Source of the DNA: Arcobacteraceae bacterium
GTDB taxonomy: Bacteria; Campylobacterota; Campylobacteria; Campylobacterales; Arcobacteraceae
Direction of reading: 5' to 3'
Assembly: GCA_965224485.1 (NCBI GenBank)
Contig: CBDCZH010000013.1
Location: forward strand, 1 to 64,000
DNA length: 64,000 nt
Shown: positions 31,461 through 41,851 of the stretch, piece after piece
Layout of the letters: every line of letters begins with the position of its first letter
Position numbering within the stretch: position 1 is the first letter of the stretch
Notes under the pieces: model-generated
The model's database searches: none
Told to the model about the DNA's origin: nothing
Seen by the model: the letters and a program-made list of their open reading frames with translations, nothing else
Position numbers and translations under genes: made by a program

Positions 31461-34400
31461 ATGACTGATAAAATTAAAAGCATTATAAAAAATAAAGTTT
31501 TAATAATAGATGGAGCAATGGGAACTCAGTTGCAAATTTCTGATATTAAAGATGAACAATGGTTATATAAAGGTCTTGATTTAGAAGGTTGTAATGAACT
31601 TCTAAATCTTACTGCTCCTGATATTTTACGTACTATTCATGACTCTTATGCAAAAAGTGGTGCAAATTTTTTAACCACAAATACTTTTGGAACAATGCCT
31701 TGGGTTTTAGATGAGTATGATATAGGCGATATGGCTTATGAATTTTCACGTTTAGGGGCTGTTTTAGTAAAAGAGTCTTGTGAAAAATTTAGTACAAAAG
31801 ATGAGCCTAAATTTGTATTAGGTTCAATTGGACCTGGAACTAAACTTCCATCTTTAGGACATATTACTTATGATGTAATGTATGAAGGTTATAAAGAAGT
31901 TGCTAGGGGATTAGTTGATGGTGGAGTTGATATTTTCTTACTTGAAACTTGCCAAGATCCTTTACAAATAAAAGCTGCTCTTCATGCTCTAAATGACCAA
32001 GCACCACAAGTTCCTATTATGGTCTCTGTTACTATTGAGTTAACGGGAACTATGTTAATTGGAACTGATGCTGCTACTATTGCTGCAATTATGGAACCTT
32101 TTAATATCTTAAGTCTTGGATTTAACTGTGGAACTGGACCTAAACAAGTTTCTAAACATGTTAGAACCTTATCTCAAAGCTCAAAGTTTCCAATTTCTGT
32201 TCATGCAAATGCAGGTTTACCTCAAAATAGAGGTGGAGTTCCTTATTATCCAATGGGAGCAGAAGAGTTTGCAAACATTCAAAAAGAATTCTTAGAAATA
32301 AATGGAGTTTCTTTTTTAGGTGGTTGTTGTGGAACTACACCAGAACATATAAAAGCATTAAGTACTGCAATTAAAGATATTAAACCCCTAAAACCTTGTG
32401 GTTTTCAAGTAGCTTCTTTAGCTTCCTTATTTGGAACAGTTGCTTTAAAACAAGACCCAAGTCCTATGTTAATAGGTGAGCGTTCAAATGCAACAGGTTC
32501 AAAAGCGTTTAAAGAATTGTTAAAAGCAAATGATTATGAAGGAACATTAAGTGTAGCCCAACAACAAGTTAGAGCTGGGGCTCATATTATTGATGTAAGT
32601 GTTGGTTTTGCAGGTCGAGATGAGAAAAAAGATATGGATGAAGTTATAGCTTTATATTCTCAAAAAATACCACTTCCTATTATGGTTGATTCTACTCAAA
32701 TCTATGCTCTAGAAGCTGGACTTAAACAAATAGGTGGTCGAGCTATTATTAACTCTGTTAACCTTGAAGATGGAGAAGATAAGTTTGATGAAGTTTGTGC
32801 CTTAGCTAAAAAGCACGGGGCTGCATTAGTGTGTTTAGTTATTGATGAAGTTGGAATGGCTAAAAGCAAAGATGACAAGATAAGAGTTGCACAAAGAATT
32901 TTTGATTTATGTATAAATAGACATGGATTTAAAGAAGAAGATTTAGTTTTTGATATGTTAACTTTTACAATAGGTTCTGGTGATGATGAGTATAGAACAG
33001 CAGGAGTTGAAACTCTTGAAGCTATTAAAGAATTTCAAATAATGCATCCAAAAGTAGGTACCACTTTAGGACTTTCAAATATTTCTTTTGGACTTGATAT
33101 AAAAGCTAGAGCTTATTTAAATTCTATTTATTTAGATTATTGTGTAAAAGCTGGTTTAAGTACGGCTATTGTTAATGTTAAACATATTTTACCCCTAAAT
33201 AAAATAAGTGCAGAAGATAAAAAAGCTTGTGATGATTTAATCTTTAATAATCATGAGAACGGTGACCCTTTATTTGCTTTTATTGACCATTTTTCAAATG
33301 TTGAAGACCAAGAAGAAGAGAGTGATGAAGAGTATCAAAAACTCTCTCCCAAAGCAAAAGTTGAAAAACTTCTTTTAGATGGAGATAAAAATAGACTATT
33401 GCCTTTAGTTGAAGAATTAAGACATAAGGTTAAACCAGAAGTTATTGTAAATGAGTGGTTAATTGATGGTATGAAAATCATTGGTGAACTTTTTGGTTCA
33501 GGACAAATGCAACTTCCTTTTGTACTGCAAAGTGCAGAAACTATGAAAGCTACTGTTGATAGTTTAAATCCATATTTACCAAAAGAGCAAAAAGCTAGTG
33601 AAACAGTTTTAGTTTTAGGAACAGTAAAAGGTGATGTTCATGATGTTGGTAAAAATCTTGTTGATATTATTTTAAGTAATAATGGTTTTAAAGTTATAAA
33701 TATTGGAATAAAAGCGAATATAAATGATTTTATAATTGCAGTAAAAGAGCATAAAGCTCAAGCTATTGGAATGAGTGGTTTATTAGTTAAAAGTACAGCC
33801 GTTATGAAAGAAAATTTAGATGAGCTTAAAAAAGAGGGTATTGATATTCCTGTTTTATTAGGAGGAGCAGCACTTACAAAAAGTTTTGTAAATGATTTTT
33901 GTCGTCCTATTTATGATGGTCCTATTTTTTACTGCCGTGATGCTTTTGATGGTGTTATTTCTATGCAAAGAATTGAAAAAGGTGATTTAAGTAATACAGC
34001 ACTTGCTGCTGATTTAGTTGATGATGAGGTAAAAGAAGTAAAAATAAAAGAAGAAGTAATTATTCCTCCTTATAAAGAGATAGAACTTCCTAGCAAACAA
34101 GAATTGATTGTTCCTCCTTTTTGGGATAAAGTTACTTCAAATAAAGCCATTTTAGATAAAGACTTAATCTTCTCATGGATCAATCATAGAGTTTTATATA
34201 GACAAAGATGGGGATATAAAAGAGGAAAACAAGAAAGTAAAAAGTTTTTAGCTCATGAAAAAGATGTTGTAATTCCTATTTATGAAAAACTAAAAGAAGA
34301 GTTAATAAAAAAAGAAGTATTTGCTCCAATTGCACTTTATGCTTATTATCCTTGTATTTCTCATGACAATAAATTATATATATTTGATAAAAAATACTTA

Positions 34401-34934
34401 TATAATAATATCAAAGAAGCTTCAAATGTTCCTGCTTTAAGTGAAGCTATAAAAGTTCTAGAGTTTCCAAGACAAAATAGAGTACCTTATAGATGTTTAG
34501 CTGATTATTTTGCAAATGATAGATTAGATGTGGTTACTTTTACTCTTGCTAGTGCTGGTTTAAAAATAACTGATTATGAAAGAGGTATTTATGAAGAAGG
34601 AAAATATGCTGAATACTTTCAAGTTCATGGCCTTGGAGTTGAATTAGCTGAAGCTTTAGCAGAAGTAGTTCATAAACAAGTAAGACTTGATTTAGATATT
34701 GTTTCTAAAGAAGGACATACGTTAAGAGATGTTCAAATGAAACAATATACTGGTTGTAGATACTCTCCTGGATATGCAGCTTGTCCAGACCTTGCAATGA
34801 ATAGAGACATTTTTGATTTATTAAACCCAGAAGAGTTTGGAATAGAGTTATCAGAGACTTTTCAAATGCACCCAGAGCAGACGACATGCGCGATAGTAGT
34901 AACACACCCCGAAGCCAAATACTACAATATCTAG
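31461..34934 (+). CDS. metH: Cobalamin-dependent methionine synthase
   Basis: DGAMGT, GFNC, GGCCGTTP, IGER.N..GS, KGDVHDVGKNLV B12 motif, RYSPGYAACPD. Confidence 0.98.
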   Translation: MTDKIKSIIKNKVLIIDGAMGTQLQISDIKDEQWLYKGLDLEGCNELLNLTAPDILRTIHDSYAKSGANFLTTNTFGTMPWVLDEYDIGDMAYEFSRLGAVLVKESCEKFSTKDEPKFVLGSIGPGTKLPSLGHITYDVMYEGYKEVARGLVDGGVDIFLLETCQDPLQIKAALHALNDQAPQVPIMVSVTIELTGTMLIGTDAATIAAIMEPFNILSLGFNCGTGPKQVSKHVRTLSQSSKFPISVHANAGLPQNRGGVPYYPMGAEEFANIQKEFLEINGVSFLGGCCGTTPEHIKALSTAIKDIKPLKPCGFQVASLASLFGTVALKQDPSPMLIGERSNATGSKAFKELLKANDYEGTLSVAQQQVRAGAHIIDVSVGFAGRDEKKDMDEVIALYSQKIPLPIMVDSTQIYALEAGLKQIGGRAIINSVNLEDGEDKFDEVCALAKKHGAALVCLVIDEVGMAKSKDDKIRVAQRIFDLCINRHGFKEEDLVFDMLTFTIGSGDDEYRTAGVETLEAIKEFQIMHPKVGTTLGLSNISFGLDIKARAYLNSIYLDYCVKAGLSTAIVNVKHILPLNKISAEDKKACDDLIFNNHENGDPLFAFIDHFSNVEDQEEESDEEYQKLSPKAKVEKLLLDGDKNRLLPLVEELRHKVKPEVIVNEWLIDGMKIIGELFGSGQMQLPFVLQSAETMKATVDSLNPYLPKEQKASETVLVLGTVKGDVHDVGKNLVDIILSNNGFKVINIGIKANINDFIIAVKEHKAQAIGMSGLLVKSTAVMKENLDELKKEGIDIPVLLGGAALTKSFVNDFCRPIYDGPIFYCRDAFDGVISMQRIEKGDLSNTALAADLVDDEVKEVKIKEEVIIPPYKEIELPSKQELIVPPFWDKVTSNKAILDKDLIFSWINHRVLYRQRWGYKRGKQESKKFLAHEKDVVIPIYEKLKEELIKKEVFAPIALYAYYPCISHDNKLYIFDKKYLYNNIKEASNVPALSEAIKVLEFPRQNRVPYRCLADYFANDRLDVVTFTLASAGLKITDYERGIYEEGKYAEYFQVHGLGVELAEALAEVVHKQVRLDLDIVSKEGHTLRDVQMKQYTGCRYSPGYAACPDLAMNRDIFDLLNPEEFGIELSETFQMHPEQTTCAIVVTHPEAKYYNI

Positions 34935-35063
34935 CACTGGTACTTTTAGTCAATCTCTGCGTTGGCATTTAGTTTTTATAAACTCACATACTTCAGGTAA
35001 TTTAGTATGCTCCTTCATAAAAACTAAATACCGCCTTGACCTTGAATAAAATTACCAGCACTA
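34932..35063. mobile_element. 132-bp palindromic MITE/REP-like element (TAG...CTA ends)
   Basis: Nested inverted arms CTGGTA/TACCAG, TTTTAGTCAA/TTGAATAAAA, GGCATTTAGTTTTTAT/ATAAAAACTAAATACC, CATAC/GTATG. Confidence 0.6.
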
Positions 35064-35083
35064 AATACTTATAGAAGATATTT

Positions 35084-35353
35084 TTATTTGAATAGTTGTG
35101 AATGTGTTCCTATTCTTATTAGTCTTAGACTTTTATCTTTTATTATGTAAATTACTAAAAGATCTCCACTTATATGAAATTCTTTTGTATCTGCCCATTC
35201 CCCTATTAGATTATGGTCTTTTGCTTCTTTTGCTAATTCTTCTTCATTTAAAAGTTTTGAAATATATAAAAATAGTTTTGCATGGTTTGATTGATTTAAT
35301 TTAGATTTTTTTAAATCTTTTGTAAATTGTTTATGGACTTCTATACTTAACAT
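35084..35353 (-). CDS. yafQ: YafQ-family mRNA interferase toxin
   Basis: F.KDLKK, DHNLIGEW...EFHISGDLLVIY, LIRIGTHSQLF. Confidence 0.92.
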   Translation of the reverse strand: MLSIEVHKQFTKDLKKSKLNQSNHAKLFLYISKLLNEEELAKEAKDHNLIGEWADTKEFHISGDLLVIYIIKDKSLRLIRIGTHSQLFK

Positions 35354-35356
35354 TGT

Positions 35357-35611
35357 TTAGATTTTCTTTAATGTATCTAGAGAAATATTTTCTAGGTTCT
35401 TACCTTCTCTTGTTTCTTCTATGGCTTTCATAGTTTCTTCATTCGGAAGTTTTATTTCAAATGGAATTCCTCTATTATAGACACTTTGAGCTAGAAATAT
35501 ATTTATTGCTTCACTTAAACTAATTCCATATTTTTTGAATAGTTTTTTTGCTTCATCTTTTATATGAGAATCTAAATAAACATTTGTTCTTGATTTTTCA
35601 CTTATTGTCAT
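35357..35611 (-). CDS. dinJ: RelB/DinJ-family antitoxin
   Basis: RHH-type RTNVYLD..IK.EA..LF..YGISLSEAINIFL, GIPFEIKLPNEET; start MTISEK after AAGGA. Confidence 0.9.
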   Translation of the reverse strand: MTISEKSRTNVYLDSHIKDEAKKLFKKYGISLSEAINIFLAQSVYNRGIPFEIKLPNEETMKAIEETREGKNLENISLDTLKKI

Positions 35612-35629
35612 AATTCTTCCTTTAAAAGC

Positions 35630-35651
35630 ATTATAACACAAAAAGTGTGTT
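35630..35651 (-). promoter_or_regulatory. TA operon extended -10 promoter with an overlapping inverted-repeat operator
   Basis: TGTTATAAT on the minus strand; AACACA-5 nt-TGTGTT at 35635-35651. Confidence 0.6.
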
Positions 35652-35672
35652 TTTATATTTTTTTTTGAGAAT

Positions 35673-35703
35673 TAGATTCTATAAATATACTTTATAGAAT
35701 CTA
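35673..35703 (-). terminator. Hairpin downstream of the DUF805 gene
   Basis: TAGATTCTATAAA-TATAC-TTTATAGAATCTA. Confidence 0.6.
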
Positions 35704-35709
35704 AATTTA

Positions 35710-36255
35710 TTAGTTAATAATGAAGTGATTATTTTCTTTTTGACTTTTTTTAATCCAAAAGATAAAAAGAATTATCATTCCTATTATTGGAATAAACATA
35801 AGAAGTTGCCACCAACCAGATTTTCCTGTATCGTGTAATCTTCTTGCTCCAATTGCTAAAGCAGGTATTAGAATAACTAAAGAATAAACAGGAGCCAAAG
35901 CACCCATACTAATTATACTTAATAAAATAACAACAATAAAACTAACAAGTTGGAAATACCAAAAACCACTTCTACTTGTTATTCCAGAAAATGTTGCATA
36001 TTTTTTAAATGCATCTGTATAACATTGAAGAATATTTTTAGCATCAATATTATCTATATCAAAAGTACTTACATTTGTAGTATATATTTGCTGTGCAGTA
36101 CCTTCGTTTTCTACAAAATCAACTTCTACTCCTGCTTTTATCTTACTTTGATCTGATTTCCACTCTTGGCTTACAAAGGTATATCTATCTCCTTGCTTGG
36201 CTAAAATAATTCCTTCTTTTTTTTCTTCGTTAAAATCTAATACTTTACCTTTCAC
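35710..36255 (-). CDS. DUF805 membrane protein with an N-terminal cold-shock-like OB domain
   Basis: KYATFSG..SR..FW, RRLHDTGKSGWW (DUF805); N-terminal MKGKVLDF....GII....G.RY.F....W. Confidence 0.88.
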   Translation of the reverse strand: MKGKVLDFNEEKKEGIILAKQGDRYTFVSQEWKSDQSKIKAGVEVDFVENEGTAQQIYTTNVSTFDIDNIDAKNILQCYTDAFKKYATFSGITSRSGFWYFQLVSFIVVILLSIISMGALAPVYSLVILIPALAIGARRLHDTGKSGWWQLLMFIPIIGMIILFIFWIKKSQKENNHFIIN

Positions 36256-36438
36256 ATCAATCCTTTTAATTTAATTAGCCACTATATAATAATAATTATT
36301 AATATTAAGCTTCAAGATAGTATTAAAATTAAATATTAGAAAAAAAATTTGATAAAAAATTAAACTTTCTTTCAAATTCGATTATTTTGCTCTTTTTTAT
36401 TGTTAAAATTGTTAAAATTAAGTAGAAGGAATTAAAAG

Positions 36439-38852
36439 ATGAATGATTCAAGAAGAGATTTTTTAAAAAAAGGTGCTATATCTGGTGCAGCTCTTGCTGC
36501 TAGTGGTAGTTTAAGTGGAGCTGTTGCAAAAGAGTTTTCAAGTAGAACTAAAAAAATACCTCATGCTTCACATTTTGGTCCATTTCATGCCCATGTAAGA
36601 GATGGCAAAATTGTTGATATAACAGCTCAGTTAGATTCAGATGCAAATCCAACTGTTATGTTAAAAGCTGTAACAGATAGAGTAATGAGTGATTCAAGAG
36701 TAAAATATCCTTGCGTTAGAAAATCTTACTTAGAGGGTAAAGATGCTGGTGATTTAAGAGGAAAAGAAGAATTTGTTAGAGTTTCTTGGGACAAAGCCTT
36801 AGATTTAGCAGCCAATGCTATTAAAAAAGCACAGGCAAAGGGTGGAAATAAATCTATTTATAACTCTTGTTATTCGGGTTGGGCTCATCCAGGTGCTTTT
36901 AAACCAAATGCCATGGCTGGAAGATTTCTTAATTTAATTGGTGGTGCTGTTGGAACTGCTGGTGAGTATTCAAATGGAGCAGCAGGGCCAACAAATCCTA
37001 CTATTGTTGGGGATATGGAAGTTTATTCTGTTCAAACTGCTCATGAACAAATTATTAAACATACAAAAGTTATGATTTTATGGGGAACTGATTTATATAA
37101 ATGTAATAGAATTGGTTGGTTTGTTCCAAATCATAGAAATATTGATGCTTATGAAGAGTATAAAAAAGCTGGAATCAAGTTTATTTCTATTGACCCAATT
37201 TATACGACTTCAGCTTCTGAGTTCAAAGCTGATTGGATTAAAATTAGACCAGGATCTGATGTTGCCCTTATGATGGCTATGATGCATTATTTATACAAAT
37301 CAAAAAAGTATGATGCTAAGTTTATAGAAAAATATACTCATGGTTTTGATAAATTCTTACCTTATCTTTTAGGTGATGAAGATGGAGTAGAAAAAACTCC
37401 TGCTTGGGCTTCTAAATTAACAGAAATTCCAGAAGAAACTATTAAAGAATTAGCAAGTACTATGGTTGATAATAGAACATTTATAGCTGGAAACTGGGCT
37501 TTACAAAGAGCTCATCATGGTGAGCAAGTTGATTGGTCTATTATTACTTTAGCTTCAATGATTGGTCAAATTGGACTTCCTGGTGGTGGTTTTGGCTTTT
37601 CTATGCATTATGCTGGTGGTGGAGATGCTGCTTCTGGAAAAGCTACTGTTGGTGGAGTTCCTCAAGGTGGAGGGAATAAAGTAAATATAAATATTCCAGC
37701 TTCAAGAATGAGTGATTTAATTTTAAATCCTGGTAAAACTGTTACTTTTAAAGGTGGAAAAGTGTAACTTATCCTAAAGTTGAAGTAATGTTAAGTGCTG
37801 GAGCTTCTCCTATTGGTCATCAACCAGATGTTAATGAATTAGTAGGTGCAATGAGAACTCTTGATACTGTGATTACAATTGATCCTTGGTGGACACCAAC
37901 TGCTAAGATGTCTGATATTGTTTTTCCTGCAACTACAACTATGGAAAGAGATGATATTACTCAAGGTATGTCATATGCTCAAGATAGACTATTTGCTATG
38001 AAAAAAGTAATAGATGCTAGATATGAATCTAAAGATGATTATTGGATTTTTGCACAATTAGCAAAAAGATTTGGCAAAGAGAAAAAATTTACTAAAAATA
38101 GAACAACAATGCAGTGGATTGAAAGATTATATAAAAGATCTTATGCGAAAAAGAAAATGAAAATTGCAAATTTGAAGACTTTTGGAAAGAAGGTGTTGTT
38201 AAATATGATAGTTCCTGCAAGTGCAAGAGATTTTGTAAGACATGCAGCATTTAGAAAAGATCCTATTAAAAATGCTTTAAAAACAGAAAGTGGAAAAATT
38301 CAAATTTTCTCAGAAAAATTTGAAAAATTTGGATACAAAGATTTTAAAGGTCATGCAACATGGTTTGAACCAGCTGAATGGTTAGGAAATAAAAAATTAG
38401 TGGCTAAGTATCCATTACATTTAGTTTCTCCTCATCCAACATATAGAGTTCATTCACAACTTGATAATACTTGGGTACAAAATATTCATAAAGTACAAGG
38501 AAGAGAACCAATTAGAATCTCACCAAATGATGCTAAAAAGTTTGGTGTAAAAGATGGTGAAATTGTAGAAGTTTACAATGACAGAGGAAGTGTTTTAGCA
38601 GGAGTTGTTATTACAAATACAATAAGAGATGGTGTTGTTGCAATAGAAGAGGGTGCTTGGTATTCTCCTGATGATGCAAGTGAAAATAAAACAAGATGTA
38701 ACTCTGGACAGGCTAATTTATTAACTTCTTCAAGACCAACATCTTCAATGGCACAAGCAACAACTGCAAATACAGTTCTTGTTTCAATTAAAAAAGCAGG
38801 TGTAGTTAAAGCAAACTTAGCATATAGCGCACCAAAAATTATAGAAGCATAA
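36439..38852 (+). CDS. Tat-exported molybdopterin S/N-oxide reductase (TorA/TorZ/BisC family), with frameshifts
   Basis: SRRDFLK Tat motif, HASHFGPF, RVKYPCVRKSYL, FVRVSWD, QRAHHGEQ, SPHP.YRVHSQL. Frame break at about 37763 and a compensated double shift at about 38165-38210. Confidence 0.93.
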
Positions 38853-38861
38853 GGAAACAAA

Positions 38862-39447
38862 ATGAGTAAAAATGTTAAAAACATTAATATCATTTGCAAT
38901 ATTACTTGGGTTTTTTACCCAAGTAAATGCAAGTGATTTATTTGTAGTTCAAAGTGATACTATTTTAACAAGCAAAAGATGGAAAAATATTAAAAGTATT
39001 TATAGGTCTTCCTCTTATTAGTACAATGAAGATAATGGTTCAACTCTTAGATATTAGTATTAAAGGTTTTAAATATGGAGCATAATATTTATTCTTCTAA
39101 GGGAAAAGAACTTTTAATAGCAACTTTAGAAAAAGGATTTCAATGCTTATAGAAGGCAAACTGGAAATGAAGTTGAACTACTAGCTGTTATTAGTAAAGA
39201 ATCAGTTAATAAGTGATATTGAAGAAATATGGGATGAATCGTTAGAATTTTATTATGAAATGTGTTCAGTCTGTCATGCACCTCACCTCAAATTGAGCAT
39301 TTAAGTATGATGGAGTGGAGTGCAATATTTCCTTCAATGAAAGTAAGAACTACTCTTGATGACGATGAAGCAAAAGATATGCTTAGATTTTTAAAATCTA
39401 ATGCTAAAGATGGTTTAGTAAAAGTAGAAACATTAGAGTATAATTAG
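38862..39447 (+). pseudogene. Monoheme c-type cytochrome partner of the reductase, multiple indels (probably sequencing errors)
   Basis: AAGGA SD and ATG 38862, signal-peptide-like start, CSVCH at 39263-39277, EW...FPSM axial Met motif. Confidence 0.75.
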
Positions 39448-39468
39448 ATTTTATAAAGGATAGTCATC

Positions 39469-40168
39469 ATGAAAAAAGATTTTTTTATTAAACTTAAAAA
39501 TATGACAATTCTTTATGCTGAAGATGAAGACGGAATTAGAAAAAATATTTCTGATTCTTTATCGTATTATGTAAAAGATATATATGAAGCTTGCAATGGA
39601 GAAGAAGCATATGACTATTTTTGAAGATAAAAAAGCCAGATATTATTTTAAGTGATATTCATATGCCAATAGTTGATGGTATAGAGTTCGTAAAAAAAGT
39701 TAGAAAAACAAATAGAAGTATTCCAATTATAATGATAACAGCACATACAGATAAACAGTATTTACTGGAAGCTGTTGAGTTACATATGGAAAAATATCTT
39801 AGTTAAACCCCTTGAGCTTGAAGATCTATTTTTAAGCTTAGAAAAATGTGTAAATATTTTAGACTCAAATAAAAAAGTTACTTTAAAAGAGCATAATGAT
39901 TATATTTATGATTATGATAAAAAAGAGTTAAAATATAAAAATAAAAATATTTTACTAAATAAAAAAGAGATGATATTTTCTAGAACTTTTAATTTCAAAT
40001 GAAAATAGAATATTAACATATGATGAGTTACAAGAGTATGTTTGGAATGATGATGTTATGACAGATAGTGCTCTGCGTTCGCTTGTAAGAAATTTGCGTA
40101 AAAAACTACCAACAGAACTTATAAATAATTTATCAGGAATAGGATACAGAATTGCTCTAAAAGCCTAA
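39469..40168 (+). pseudogene. OmpR-family response regulator, several indels (probably sequencing errors)
   Basis: ILYAEDE, PDIILSDIHMP.VDG, ITAHTD, LRSLVRNLRKKL...GIGYRI across frames. Confidence 0.85.
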
Positions 40169-41851
40169 CTTTATTACTTTTATATATTTCTATATCTTCT
40201 TATTTATTCTGTGCTTCTATAATAAAAAAACTTGAGTTTAGGGAAGATAACTCTTCTTTAAATATAGCAAAACCTTTACATCCTAAGTCTCATATAAAAA
40301 TATATCTTCCTTCAATTCCATATTCATACATTGCAAAAAACACAAATGCTGGTCTTTTTAGGTCATATGATAATAAAAGAGGCTGGGAATATGATTTAGC
40401 AAAAGCACATAAAAGAGTAAATGCTTTTACTTATATAATAGAACTAAGAAAAAATCTTGAAATTCCAAAATGGTGAAGATTTTTACTATTGATTCTCGTA
40501 ATTAAAAATCTTAGACTTTTTTAAGAAAGTATCCTTTTTTATATACAAATATAGAAAAAATTGATTTTGATAGTAATCAAAAATAGATGACAAATAGTAT
40601 AAAAATAGTTTTGGAAAAGAAAGATACGAGATGTTTCTTTTAGATTTAGCAAGGATCTATTTTTATACAGATGAGTATTTAGAAAAATATGCCTCAAAAG
40701 GAGGACGAAACTGGATCTGCTAACTAGCTGTACCTGGTGCATATGGAATGGGACCTTATATATTAGAAGAAGGATATGCTTTAGGGAGTGAAACAAACCT
40801 CTAAACTAGAACTTATATCAAATCCTTATTATTGGAATAAAAACTTTCCTAAAATAAAAAGAGTTACTGTTTATACTCAGTTAAATACAACAACAAGCTT
40901 TAGATGATATTATTAATTATGAAGGTAAAGCTAGATATTTCACCTATTGCGTTTAATAAAAAAATTGATGTAGTTTTATCAAAATACTGCAAAAGTTATT
41001 AATTAGCGAATCAACAAATAATTTTTTAATATTTTTTAATTTAATTAATGGTAATAAGTTATTAGAAAATAAAGAGGTACGTCTTGCATCTAAATGCAGC
41101 ACTTAATCAGGAGAACTTATTAAATTTTGTATATAAAAAAGAAGGAAAGAGTCTCTCCTTTTACTGCTTCTATTAATTATGAACTTGTAAAAAAAGATTG
41201 CTTTAAAAAATGAATATAAGAACATCAAGTATAAGTGAAAAAAGAAAACATGAATTATTAGAAGGTTTAAACTTAAATATTTTAACGCAAGATAGATTTA
41301 TGTTTTTGTGGAAAGGTATAGAGTTTCAATTAAAAAAATATGGAGTTAGTCTTAAATATACACAATCACTTCAAGTGAAAAAGATATATATGAACAACTT
41401 TTAAATACAAGAAAAAATAAAAATACTTTAAATTGGGATCTTATTAACTTGGGGCGATGATGATTGGTATTATTTAAATCATTGGACAGTGTTTTTTCAT
41501 TTATGAAAATGATAGCCCTTGGTCAACTATTAAAAATGATAAAGAAATGAAAATATATATAGATAAATATTTTGAAACTAAAATTAATACAAAAGAGTAT
41601 GAAAATATAGTTCAGAAAATATTATACCAAGCAAGAGATATGGCCTATACGCTTAGAGTTCCCTCTCCTAATAAGGTAATTGCTTTAAACAAAGAAGTAA
41701 TATATAAACCCTATTTAGGAGGAATGATTCCTTTATGGGAAATACAAGTTACAAATAATCACTGGTCACTTAAGAAAAGAATAAGAAATACCCCTTAGCC
41801 TTGCAAAAACCAGTAAAAACACAAAGAGTGAAGAATGTTTTATTTAAATAG
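40152..41851 (+). pseudogene. Family-5 (Opp/Dpp/Nik-like) extracellular solute-binding protein, many indels; ends approximate
   Basis: Read across frames: GWEYDLA, IELRKNLKFQNGEDFTIDSV, GAYGMGPYIL, NPYYWNK, ALNQE. Confidence 0.7.

Noticed and set aside
37761..37790. Stop-codon recoding (selenocysteine) in the molybdoenzyme
   Set aside because: The stop is TAA, not TGA, and the downstream part is in a different frame, so this is an indel
38573..38899. Antisense ORFs in the track (this one and e.g. 3574-3774, 22499-22828, 34705-34968, 51086-51391, 54978-55286)
   Set aside because: Shadow frames opposite well-supported genes, with no motifs
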